From contig CM041465.1 of assembly GCA_023213395.1 (NCBI GenBank), forward strand, positions 35,905,741-35,969,740: a stretch of 64,000 nt of DNA, given 5' to 3'. Below are positions 28,101 to 40,399 of the stretch, piece by piece; position 1 is the stretch's first letter; each line of letters opens with the position of its first letter. A model generated the notes under the pieces. It saw only the letters and a list, made by a program, of their open reading frames with translations, had not been told where the DNA came from and did no database searches. Position numbers and translations under genes: made by a program. The DNA comes from Cycas panzhihuaensis (taxonomy: Eukaryota; Plantae; Cycadophyta).

Positions 28101-28651
28101 TCTCTGAAGAGTAAACTCTCACAATTCCTCCTGATAAAATCCTTACCAGTCGCTAGCACTGCCTCCGGAATTGCACTATTTATGAACACTTAGTATAGTG
28201 GGTCGGCTACGATGCAGATGAAGCTACATAGGAATCTGACGAGTTCATCCAGCAGCATCCTCATCTCCAACGCTGCGAGGACTCAGTGTCTCAGAGGGGG
28301 GGACCTATTATATAACCCCACCATTCCTTAGCATTAGTGAGCAAGAGCCACTAAAAAGTAAGGATTAAGGTGTTTATTAAGATGTGTGTATGGACAACTA
28401 AGTCATCCAATAAGATGTAAGGCCGCTAGGGCCACCAATAGAATCATAAGGATGAAGACCCTTACTTGTGTATTTAAAGGGTTAAATCACTTGTAATGTC
28501 GTTAAGGATTATATCTTGAAAGAGAAAGTACTTCGGTGCTCATTTTGGTGATTTACTATCTGTGATTTACTTGCACACTTGTATTATTTTGCCCTCATTT
28601 TCTACTAATTTTCACACATATAAGTCTAGATTTCTGAAAAGGAACAACCCA
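22176..28651 (+). mobile_element. Element G: full-length decayed chromovirus Ty3/Gypsy (Reina-like) inserted in the E 3' LTR
   Basis: 346-bp LTRs at 22176-22521 and 28306-28651; perfect TSD TGGTG; PBS CGGTATCAGAGCC at 22524-22536; PPT AGAGGGGGGGACC at 28293-28305. Confidence 0.95.
23870..28300 (+). pseudogene. pol: G gag-pol pseudogene: Gag, protease, RT, RNase H, integrase, chromodomain
   Basis: ORF fragments: ASIHLDGRAHHWFNW (Gag); LIDGGASLNFI (PR); VRKKDGSFHLCVDYRELNK...FFDNILIYS (RT); LECDASG (RH); MDFITGLP...VIDRLTKYSHF (INT); EHLV*WVGY..DEAT*E (chromodomain). Confidence 0.93.
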
Positions 28652-28686
28652 TGGTGGGAGTTAGGTGAGGAACATTAACCCCAACA

Positions 28687-29399
28687 TACTCCCCTTTAAT
28701 GTTCATCACATTCGTCTTCAACTTCTCTTTGAACTTGTGGTATAAATGCTTTAGGAATACTTTAAAAAGGTGATTGAACTCATATCTTGTATCTTTGTCT
28801 TCATTCTTGATGTGGTCATGAACTTGCATTATTATCCTTTCTATGTAGTCTTCAATAAAGTGTGATTCAAATATAGGTATGACTTACTTCAAATAAATAG
28901 GAATGTCTTAATCTTTGACTTTGTCTTCTTGATGAGAGTCAATCAAGTTAGTGGAACATTTAGCCTTATCAAATGCAACATTATGTTCATTGCTCTTATT
29001 GAAAATTTTAAAATTACATGCATCATTAGTCTTTTTATCAAAAGTCACCTACTCTACCATCTGTCTCACATGTAACACATCATCAATATAGTTAAATTTA
29101 TTTAATTTTAAGATTTCTCCCCTATAAAGTGAATCTAGAGTATGCTAATCAGATTTAGATGTGGTCATATCACAAACATGAGTGAGTACATCATTATTTA
29201 TTATAGCTGATATTAATGCTAAGACTTCATTATCCTTTTTCAAAATTTCTTTAAAGTTTTACTCACCTTCTAGGTAACTATGCTCTACAAGTTTTCAAAG
29301 GTCATTTACCAAAAAATGTGTTTTCAATATATGTCTTCAAATTTAAAAATTAGTCCTATCAAATATAGGAAACCTTGTGTTATCAAAGTTCTTTGCCAT
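28687..29399 (-). pseudogene. E mini-ORF (~238 codons): Gag N-terminus, linker and RNase H-tail-like end
   Basis: MAKNFDNTRFPIFDRTNF...NYIDDVLHVRQMVE...KVFLKHLYHKFKEKL in a single frame with several premature stops. Confidence 0.75.
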
Positions 29400-32156
29400 T
29401 ACAAAATACTTTTAGTGTATACACTCAATGTATTATCTTAATGAATAAATGAAAGGAATAACATGAATTATGCAATAAATGCTCTTTTACATGCTCCTTC
29501 AACAATTTTCTTTCTTGATCAATGTAAAGAATGCAATTAGGTAATGTATATCTTCTTAACATAGAGCAAGACAAATGCTTTCCTTTGAAACAAAACTAGA
29601 ATCAATTAATGATTCTTTCAAGTGATTTATATAAATCTTAAAGATAAAGGCCTAAAATGAACCAAAAGATAATTTGAGAAATATATATACTATATCTCAA
29701 ATAAATGCCTTCATAAGTCAATGGAAAATAACTTAATAATAAAAGAAAATATATCATTCAAATTAGATTCAAGAATACTATTTGCAAGATAACTTTCATG
29801 AGAGTTCAAATAAGATTTGAAAAAGAGTGAAGTGTTTTGAATGCTTATATGCAATAGAATGCAACTTGAAAATTCTTTGAAATCTTGAAATAAAGCTAAA
29901 TAAACCTCTATTATATAGATGAAATCATTAAGAGTAAATATAAGCTTTTTTAAATTAAAGAAATATGCATATATACTTAAAATATGCTTATGGAATAAAC
30001 ATTAATTGAATGCCTTAAAAAAGACAATAATTGGACTAAAATAAGCAATAAATAAGTTTTAGGAGAGTTTTAAATCAAATTGATAAGCTAAAAGATAAAA
30101 TGAAAGCTTAAAAGTAGAGTTGTAAGGTATTAGAATTCACCAATTTGATGATTTTAATCTAAGGAAGGCTCCTTTACCTTAAGAGGCCAAAATATAGCTA
30201 TATGGCTAAAAAAAATAATTGTGATCCTCTAAATATAATTAAAATCTATAATCAACAAATTAGTAGCTCAATATTAAATAAATATTTTGAATTTAAGTGA
30301 AAATTTTGCTTAAATATTTAAAATTTTGTCTAACTAGGACCAAATTAGAACCTCAACTTTATCATCTTCAAAGACCTACAAAACAATGTCAAATCATGAT
30401 AAAACCTATTCCAATGCATAAAGAATAAAAAACTCTTTCCGACGGATCCAACCATTTGGAAAAGGGAGTTCTAGTACTTAAGATATTAAAAAATAATTTA
30501 GGGACCCTTTTTAGGAATCAAAACAGGAACTAAGGGGTTATGCCCCTTTTTAATAATGAAGTCTGGTCACCTGGGGTTAATATGACCACTCACTAAGGCT
30601 TGAAGGGGGCTCGGACTTCAAAAATTATACATTATAGCTAATAGTTCTTAAATATAAAATTATTCAATATTGTTTATAAAGATTTGAAATTCGAGCAAAA
30701 AAAGTGGTCACATGGACAAAAAAGGAGACCAGGGGTTAAGCTCGAAGGGGGCTAAGGTTAAGTCACATACCCTGTATTTGAGATTTTATCAAATTTAATT
30801 AAATTTAATAAAAAATTTAGACAAAAAAAAATCGAAAAAATAAATTAATTTTAAAATCATATCCAAGGTTTACTTAAACAAAAGGAGTACTTGGTGATCT
30901 AGCGATGATATATCGCAAACCAGTGGATGAAATTAGAAACTATCTTCTCTACTGCCTAGAGGATTCAGAGATGGACAAAATAAGTATACAAATGAGTCAA
31001 TTTCATTAACATATGAGAGAGCACTAGTAGTTTAAAGTCAATGAATGCTCTCTAGTCTAAAAAACATAAAAAACATGATAGAAAATCAAATGGAATAGAT
31101 TAAAAGTTCTCAAAAGGGACTGGGATCTCTTCTAGATGCTTGAAGAAGCTTTAGAGATGAATCTTGGTAAAAAACTACTGATGTAGACATCACATAGAGG
31201 CTATATAATATAAAAAAAATACCCAAGGCTCACGCAAGGATGTAGAAGACACATGAAGGTCCACAGAGTACCATGGGAGGCAAAGAAGACTCACGAAGAG
31301 CTCTAAACTCAATCGAGAGACTTTAGAGAAGGCTCATGTAGAACCATCACTCCAATAAAGGATGCAGGGATAAGCTAAGGTGCACAATCAAAGGAAGCTC
31401 TATGGGAGGCCACATAGAGGCCGAGAGAACACGTAAGGAGGACATAGCTCCATGGAGGGTCATGTAGAGGCTGTACATCAAGGAACCAGCATGCAAAGCA
31501 TACTAAAGGGCCATATAGAGTTGTACAGAATCACAGAGGTCCGTAGGTGGGCTAAAGGGACATGACACGATGAGGAACAACTCATAGAAATTTAAATGGA
31601 GGAGGAGCAGCTTATAGAAATTCAAATAGTAGATGAACAACTCTTAGAACCAAGAATAAACTTAATAGACAATGTACATGCAATTGAATCAATGACATAT
31701 GAAAATATATTAAAGTTCTAATCCAAAAAACTATACCAAATCAATAAAATATTAATAATACAATGAACTTAGTATGTTGTGATACAAAATATTGGAGTAT
31801 AGTTAACAGAGTGGAGTAGGTGAACATACAAATCAAACTAGTATTTAAGCCATACTGAGAGTACACATTCAAAAGATCATTGTATTAAGCCATTGTAGAA
31901 GAGTACATCAAAAAATCCTTTAATATGGTGGTGTTGATGAACACCAAGGTTTTGAACCCCATAAAATATATACTTGGGAGAAAGGAGGGAACCCTCCTCA
32001 ACATCTAAATTTAAAATAATATAAAATAATAATAAATCATTATAATAATAACAATGTATAATAAAATAACATTACTTAACTTACCATGAAGATGTGTGCA
32101 CTTCACATGTTCCCAATGGTGGGAGTGAGGTGAGAAATATTAACCCTAATAATATG

Positions 32157-32520
32157 GAGTTTAGGTGATTTTACCTCTAGAGGTTGATATACCATCTTTA
32201 CATGTGTCTTTGAAAGAATTTATTGATGAAGATTTTTAGAGAGAAATTCATCTTCTAGAGTTAGGAAAGATGGATGAGACATGCTTAACTGCCCTCCAAA
32301 TAAATCTTACTTCAAAAGTTAGAGCTTAAGTAGTTCATGATAGATAATTGAGACCTCATAAATTTTATATTAAAGATAAAGTTCTTAAACTTGAGTATTT
32401 CATAACAAATAATAAAAAATCACATCTAAGTGGGTGGGACCATATCTGGTTGTTGAAGATTTAAAGAATAATACTTATTGTATTTCAACTCTTAAGGAAT
32501 TATAACTTCAAAAGATAATT
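32157..32520 (+). pseudogene. pol: B integrase C-terminus, resuming after element E
   Basis: Reads S-L-V-Y-G-V-*-V-I-L-P-L-E-V-D-I-P-S across the E insertion; KWVGPY at ~32428. Confidence 0.8.
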
Positions 32521-33869
32521 AATTTGTAATTCTTACAAAAGTTCTATGCCTAAAAATCAAAGCATCTAATACTCCACAATGAGGGTAAACTACAACTCCA
32601 AAATCTATATGCTCTAATGAGCCTAAACTAGATATGATCCTTCTTTCTCTCGTTTTTACAACTACTACTTTCATACATTTATAGCTTTCCTCTTTCTCTA
32701 CTTTCACTTTTGGATTAAGTTTGGAGCTTTCATGTTTATAAGTTATTCTTAGTGACTATATGAGACTATTATCTCTCAACTAGGCATGAGCATTAGTCAC
32801 TAGGCATATACTTCTATTTCTTTTACTTTGATCAAAGCATTCTTAGTCTTCTCTTCTAAGTTTAAAACTTATAAGAGAAGCAATGCCCCTAGCTCTATTT
32901 ATTAAGGGCATAATCATATATAAAATCTAAATGGTTTGCTTAAACAGATACATGAGATACTTTGCTCTCTTTAGATCCTTATTTTTTAGTGTTGGGACTT
33001 GGTTTGCTTATACACCTTTCACATCCACTTATTTAACCTTGTGTTTGATATGATTCTTGGTATCCTCTTACTATAGTCCTAAGGTTGCTACTTATTTTGG
33101 TACCTTCCCTTTACACTCCAAGGAATTATGATCTAGATATCATTTCTTTTCCCGTAGTTCAACCTTTGAAGATTTTGGTTTATGATTTTTACCCTCTTAG
33201 GTTCATTAAAAAGTTATCCTTACTATAGTTTGAAAAGACATTTCATGATTAAGTTAGTCATTGATCACTTGTGATTGTTTCTCTTATGTCTCTTTTCATC
33301 TTGTCTTAGTGAAAATCATGTGGCAGTCATAGTCATGATGGCGAATGAATGTCTTCCAAAAGGTAGGTTTAGTGATGGCTTATTCACCATGACCCTCGTC
33401 TAAACCATCATATAGAATGATGCAGTTGATAGTGTTTATATAAAAAAAAAAAAGGAAAGAAGGAAAAATAAAAAGATCAAGAAAAGAGAGTTTAAAAGGT
33501 AAGTAAGTAAAGTTGTTTTTCAGTTCTTTGCACTGTCTTATTATCTAGAGCAAGTCATATGATGATTTCATCTCCACCTATATTTATTATAGGTCTAGTT
33601 TATTTAGGTGCATAATTTAAGACCTTCAGATCAAGTTGCTGGGAACATCGTGGCCTTAATTATGATTGAAACTTAGTCAACACTTTTGAGTCTTAAATTT
33701 TATGCATGTCTGGGATGATATTCTTACGGTGAGAAAACCTAATAGTGAATCTATCCCTTTTATTTTATAGTTGAAACGAAGTCTCTTATATAGGAACTAA
33801 TTCCTCATAGGTTGATTTCCACATCTTCCTATATTTATCACTTTGTCTTTTAGTATTAATCTTCTTTTA

Positions 33870-34267
33870 CCATGGCATTAAGCATACACATTGATGGGGG
33901 TAGTAGGGGTAATCCAGGACTATATCCTACTACATCGGTAGTGCATGATCAACCAGGTTATTTCTTAACCTCCCTCAGTATGTTTCTACCTTAGGTAACT
34001 AATAATAAAGCCAAATATATAGCGATTATAGAAGCTTTGATAAATGTCCTACACTTTTACCATGATTCTATTGACCTTGATTCTTAAGCCATAATCTATT
34101 AACTAGTTGGTTTATATCATGTCCATTCTCCTCAACTACATTCCCTTTATCGTTAGGCTTTGTCATTATTGTCTTCTTTTTCATGAGTCATCATACAATA
34201 TGTCTCATGCAATACAAATACTGAAACAAACTCTTTAGTCTCTTGTATCTTAGGACATTTTCCCTAA
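33870..34267 (+). pseudogene. Additional archaeal/cellular-type RNase HI (aRH) pseudogene downstream of B integrase
   Basis: DGGSRGNPG...TNNKAKYIAIIEAL...DS*AII..L.G.Y.V....L...QYVSCNTNTETNSL matches the D-E-D-D RNase HI pattern, with decay. Confidence 0.85.
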
Positions 34268-37200
34268 TAATCTTTCTTATGGAAGCTATGGGCACTACTC
34301 CAAAATGAGTATAAATGATCATATAAATATTATTATCCATAATTTTATTAAAAAGGTTATATTTCTTTTTAAGTATAAGATAGAGCATATATACGAAGTT
34401 AACCAAATATATATCATATAAAAAAGGGAAAGGTAATGGAGAAGTAAGGTTAAAGTCAATAATCTTTTATACATTTGTAATCTCAAAAAATAGAATAATG
34501 ATGTCATATATATATAAAAGATCATGTAGTACATCAAAGTATATATATAAGACTATGGTCTTGTTGCTTCCCTGGGCATATATAAATCATCATAAGTATA
34601 CCCACTCATATATCCTTCTACCCATGGAGTTAACTCATCCCTCTCTCCTTCCACTCTCTCCTTATGTACATGGTCATCCCTATCAAGGATGATGAGAGCC
34701 ACTTTGTTTACCTCCTATATGATGGCTATATAAATGACTAGTTGTGATTATTGAAGTGCCTTTTTGTCTTAGGCATATGTCTTATCTACTTAGACATGTT
34801 TATTAATCTAGTAGTTATAGTTTTTGTCTCCTTTCTTAATAGTTGAGATGGTTTCACCTGATGGTGTACCTACTCATAATTGGCAGCTTGGGAACCCTAT
34901 AGACCTGAAAGTATATAGCTACTATTAAAGGCTCTACTGTCCCCCCTAACACCATTGACCTACCTATGCTAGATTTATAGCTTGAATAATAAGTCCTTAT
35001 TTAAGGACACACTAATAATTGAGGCACTCACTCTCTTTAGGTCTAGCCTAGTTTTCAAAATCTAAGGTTTAAGCAAGCACCTCAGCTTGGTACTTAATAC
35101 ACCTAATAGTTATTACCTTCTCCTATAGTTTGTAGAGTTCAATAAAACATAATAACATACGCAAGAGTGGTAACTTTAGGGGTATTAACCATTCCCCTTG
35201 TAAGTCTAGTAATTAGGGTGGTTCAATTAGGAGTTATATTATTTAATCTTTCAAGTTTATAAAATTGTTAAGATTTTATGTTTAAAAATGAAAATTTTTA
35301 TATGTTTAAATAGAAATATATTAAAAACCTAGGAAAAAAAACCTTTAAAAAAATTGAAAAGCTACCTAAAACAGATTGAAAATTGGGTTTAAAAAGGTTA
35401 AGAATGGGCAAAAAAATATTAAGAAATAAAACTTTAGGTTAGGGATAAATTTAAAAAGGAATATTCTCTAAATATCTTAAAGTATATAACCTAAGGTTTA
35501 TAAACTATTGAAAAATAAAAAATCAAATATACAGGAACATTTCTTCTCACCGAAGCTATGAAATCAAAGACTAACACTATATCTAGGGTGAGGATGTTGC
35601 AAGGAATTGAACAAGTAGTCATAATAGATATTTTTAACCATCACATAGTAAACTGTAAGGTGTTGAAAAATGTATAATTACCTAGATTCCTCTCTACAAA
35701 TTAATTAGGCACAACAAATTGATCTCATATAGAATTTGAGTGAGTTAATCGCTACACTATGTCAAATACTAGATAGAATAGGTTCCTGATGTCTATTATC
35801 TTAACACTTTATTTGCCAAATACTTTGTGTATTGTGTTTGCTCACATATGTATTACTTGCCTATGTGAGTGCTTCAATTGTGTGATAGAGTTCACCTGCA
35901 TGTTACCTACAATGTTCACTTCTTATAATTTTCTCATGAGTTGTAAATGAACATCAAGTGAAGGGGTTGATTAATGGGAGCTATTACAAGTCCTTCAATT
36001 ACTAAGATGGTACTTGACTGTTTACCTTATCATCTAAAATTTTTTTAGTGATTTATGGCTCAACATTGGATGACATATTAATTAATCTAGATTAAAATAA
36101 AGTAACAAAAATTCAATGCCTAGATCATACATCTAAAATCTACATTAGAGATAGCATAATAATGCTCTTATAGAGATGATGAATGAATGAAGCACCGAGA
36201 ATGTCTTATCTCTCTTTAAAAGTTTTGTAATAGTAATATGATGGGACTATTTTTAACTAGTATGTCATAGGGAGAAAGAGGGTATTATAAGTCTTGAGAG
36301 GGAAAGCAAATGATATAGATGGACTTGAAATAAGTAGCCACAAGGTAGATAACTAGATAATCATGACCTAATAAAAGTAAATTAATGTTTAAAATGTAAT
36401 AGAGTTAAAAATATCCTTTTGCTAACGAAAGGGAGGCATAATTATAAATCAACAACTAGTCTATTTAAAAAATATAAAGACTACCAAATTCTTTCCTTCT
36501 ATTAAAAAAAGGAGAGAGAGAGAGAAGGGGACTTATTACTTTCACTTTCTATAGAGGTGCAATAGTAACTCATGTAGGTCTAATATCAAATGGCTTTAAC
36601 TATAACAATAGTCCCAAGAAAAAACAACTTCTACCACAACCTTAACCTCAACAATAAGAGTCTCAACTTCAGCAACATGCTATGATAATATTATACTATA
36701 GGCCAAGTATTATTACACACATCAGTAACCATTTAGCACTCACTTATAAGGCAAGATTAGATGTATAAGGGAAGACCTATAGGCTCATAACTAGCTACAA
36801 GCAAACTGCTCATTTTAATCATCCTATTCACAACATTAATTTCATTAATCACTAATCAAAGAAAGAGCTTATCAAGTAATAAGTTATCTTTGATACCAAG
36901 TGAAGGGAGTGGGAGTTTGTCTTAACTTCCACTAAGGATCAAGTCTCACAAAGCAAAAATAAACACTCATATAATATGCATATAAAAGCTAATGTAAGGA
37001 GATTGGATTTGTTAGTCCTCCAATGTTAAAAAATATTTCATTAATCACTCAAATAAGAATACATTACATGAATATTATGCTTCTTATATACATGCATTTT
37101 ATAGTTACAAGAGAGAGGTATTAAGGAATATAAAGGATTGATCATGCAAGCTGATATTTAGTACCTTGTATGATTAACTTACAGAAGTGTTACAATGAGG

Positions 37201-37618
37201 CATGAACAAAAATGACCCCACATACTTAGGCTCATAACCTTATGTTGTAATTTAACACAAACATGAGACTAATATCCTTTAATGCACTAACTTACTAATA
37301 TCATATTATGAAGAATAATGGAGATAGAGTGGAGTAAGTGTAAACATAAATCAATCTATATTCAAATGTATTTCAATCCATATTATAAAAGATAATATAA
37401 TTTCCATAAGTTTGGTGGTGTTGATAAACACTAAGGTTTTGAGACCCAAAATATTTATTCGGAAGGTGGGCGCGAGCCCTTCTCAACCTAGAATTCAAAA
37501 TATAATAAATAAATAAGCAACTTAATAAAATAATATTACCTTTTGTCAAATGTTATCTCCCATGGTTCCAAGATGCCTTTGCACACATGTGATGTTAATA
37601 TAATAAACATTAGATCTA

Positions 37619-38365
37619 ACATTCTCCCCCATAATGTTCATTATGTGAAATGTCAAGCTTCTTCTTGAATCTGTGAAATTTATATTTTAGGAAAACTTTA
37701 AGAGAGATATTGAATACTTGTTCATTAGCTTTATCACCATCTTTGAAGTGCTTATCAACTTGTATTATTGTCCTTGTAATGTAGTCTTCTTCAATAAAGC
37801 ATGGTTCATGTGACTTCTAAACTTAATTTGAATGAGTGGGTGCAGCTTCTTTAAGATATTTGTCTTCTTGATCTTTTACCTTATTGGAATCAATTTGGTC
37901 AAAGGTACACCCAACCTCATCAAACACAATAATGTGATCATTAATTTTGTTGGAGTCATTAACATTAGCCAATGTATCATTGTCAACCTGCTCTATCATC
38001 TATCGCATATGAAAAACATCATCAATATAATTAGTTTCATCTAGTTTTATAGTGTCTCCTCCATAAACTGATTTTAAGGTATTTTATGCATTTTTAGATG
38101 TGATTATTTTGCTTATACTAGTGAATATAGTATCATCTAATGTATAAAAAATTAAGGTTAAAGGCTCATTATCTTTTCTCATATTTTCTTTAAATATTTA
38201 TTTTTCCTCTAAAGTAAAATTGACACTTAAGTCATGGTAACCATAGTTTACATAATTCCACATATTTTTAGTGATAAAGAGTGTTTTCATAAATTTTTTC
38301 CAAAGTAAAAAATTAGTACCATCAAATATGGGAATTATTATGTCATCTAGATATGTTGTCGTTAT
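37619..38365 (-). pseudogene. F mini-ORF (~249 codons), homologous to the E mini-ORF
   Basis: IPIFDGTNFLLWKKFMKTLFITKNMWNYVNYGY...NYIDDVFHMR*MIEQV...KVFLKYKFHRFKKKL in a single frame. Confidence 0.75.
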
Positions 38366-40399
38366 AAAACACTATAATACATAATCTAAAAGATATGGTC
38401 TTAATGAACACATAAGAATCCTTTTAACTTCAAGTAAAAAATAACTCAAAATATGTAATAAATCTCCCTTCACATGAACTTTCAACAAAATTCCTTCTTA
38501 ATCAATGAAATGAAGATAATTAGTTAATGAGATAAAAAGTATAACTCTTTTTTAATAAAACAATGCAATATAAATATTCTCCTTTTGAAAATGAAACAAA
38601 TATATAACTAATGATCTTTTCAAAATAATATAATTAAACATTGAAAGGTAAAGGCCTATGAATTGAGCTTATAATTATGTAATATAATGCACCTTATTTG
38701 AGCTTTTAAATTAACTTTGAAAATGTTTTACTAATGAGCCAAAAGTAGCTTTTGAATAAGCATAAATGAGTTAAATTAAGCTTTACTTTATAGATGAATA
38801 AACTAAACATAAAAGTGCCTTTGTATGAGTCCTTTTCAATCTATAGAAAAAATGCAAAGTATGCTTTAAATATAACCTTAAAATATGCTCTTTTGTTTGA
38901 CCTTTAATACACTTTTAAGAGAATGCTTTAAAGAAGTAAGATAACCTTAAATAAGCAAAACATATATTTTAAATGAGTTCTAAACTAAAGTTTATAAGCT
39001 AAGAAATAAAGTAGCAGCTTTAGAATATAGGTATAAAGAGTTAGAGAGCACTCGTTTGAAGCATTTATTTCCAAAAATTTCCTTCTTTTCAAGAGGCTAA
39101 AATATGACTAAATAGCTAAAAAATTCAATTATGAGCTTCTAAAAATAGATAAAAGCTATCAACAATATATTAGTAGCTCAATATTACGTAAGTATGCTAA
39201 GTCAGAATAAAAAAATAAATTAAAATATCTGAAAAAAAACCAAGTTAGGGTCAATTAGAAGGCTTAACTTCACCAGAGTTAAAACCCTACAAAACAACAT
39301 CAAATTTTATTAAAAACCACTTCAATATGCAGACAATCAAAATACTTTTTGATAGATCTAACCATTTAAAAAATAGACTCTTGGATCAACAGTTATAACA
39401 GAAACTGTGATAGGACCTCTTTAGAGCAACAAAATGAGTGGGTGGGGGGGGTTAAGCCCCTTGGAATTAAGCCTCTAGTCACTTGAATGATGAATAAAAC
39501 CAGTTGCTGCGCTATACAAAGGGGATGACAGACACCAAGAAGCTATATAAAGTAGTCAATTCCCTTTAGATTGAAGAAATAACAATAAATAATTGATTTT
39601 TAAGTGAGAAAAGACCCTTTTTAATACTAAAGTCGGAGGTCATATGGCTAAAATTAGTGATCAAGGGCTAAAGATAAGGGGCTAGACTTTAAAAAGTATA
39701 ATTTCATTCAAACCTTATAACTTTAATAAAAATAAAGTTGATTTAAATTGAAAAAACACATTTACGTATTTTTTGACATTTACGCGCAGAAATGGAGAGG
39801 TTAAAGCAATTGAAAATCGATCCTACAAGTTGTAGATCTTCATGAAATTAGAGGGAGAACTTTATATCATGCCAACAGAGGATTTGGTAGAGAAAACAAA
39901 GAGAGAAATGATTTCAAAATGGAGTTTTTCACTCACAGAGTTTGTGGAGGGCACGCAAGCACTAAGAGATTGTACAGTCCATACAGAGTACAAAAATGGT
40001 TAAAGACTGCTTTATTTAGATCTTAGTAGGTTTGCACCCCTACTACAAAAGAGATTTGATGAAAAACAAAGGAGAAATGAGCAAATAAGAAGAGGAGCAG
40101 TGGGGTTTCACTGGCAAGATTGAGTAGTTGAGCTTCCGAGAGGGAGATCTCTGTGTAGAAGCTGTCAAAGGTTCAATATGAAAATTGATGAATGCTCTTC
40201 ACTTTATTGATCAATCATTTGATTATATATATACAATTATAGAGAAGGTATAGATAACAATTGCTCAATAGGATTATGCCACTTGTCACTTTAAGAGAGG
40301 AGAGGAGAAGGGTTAAGGACCCTTAATTAAATACTTTAGGAACACATCATAACCCTAGATAGAACATTAGCTTCTACACCCCCTCTTAATGTTTTATGT

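Larger units (their letters stand above)
21854..32151 (-). mobile_element. Element E: non-autonomous Copia-type (TR-GAG-like) element inserted in B integrase
   Basis: 5' LTR 31790-32151; 3' LTR 21854-22175 plus 28657-28686 (split by G); decayed PBS at ~31776-31787; PPT at ~28687-28698; TSD ATATA/ATATG. Confidence 0.9.

Noticed and set aside
29075-29095. YIDD in the E and F mini-ORFs as an RT active site
   Set aside because: No other RT motifs surround it; a four-residue match is insufficient.
31180-31650. CRISPR-like repeat-spacer array
   Set aside because: Repeats are degenerate and irregularly spaced, lie in a eukaryotic retroelement, and no cas genes are present.
33870-34267. Host or horizontally acquired RNase HI gene
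   Set aside because: It is decayed, intronless, inside B and co-oriented with pol; better explained as the retroelement aRH.
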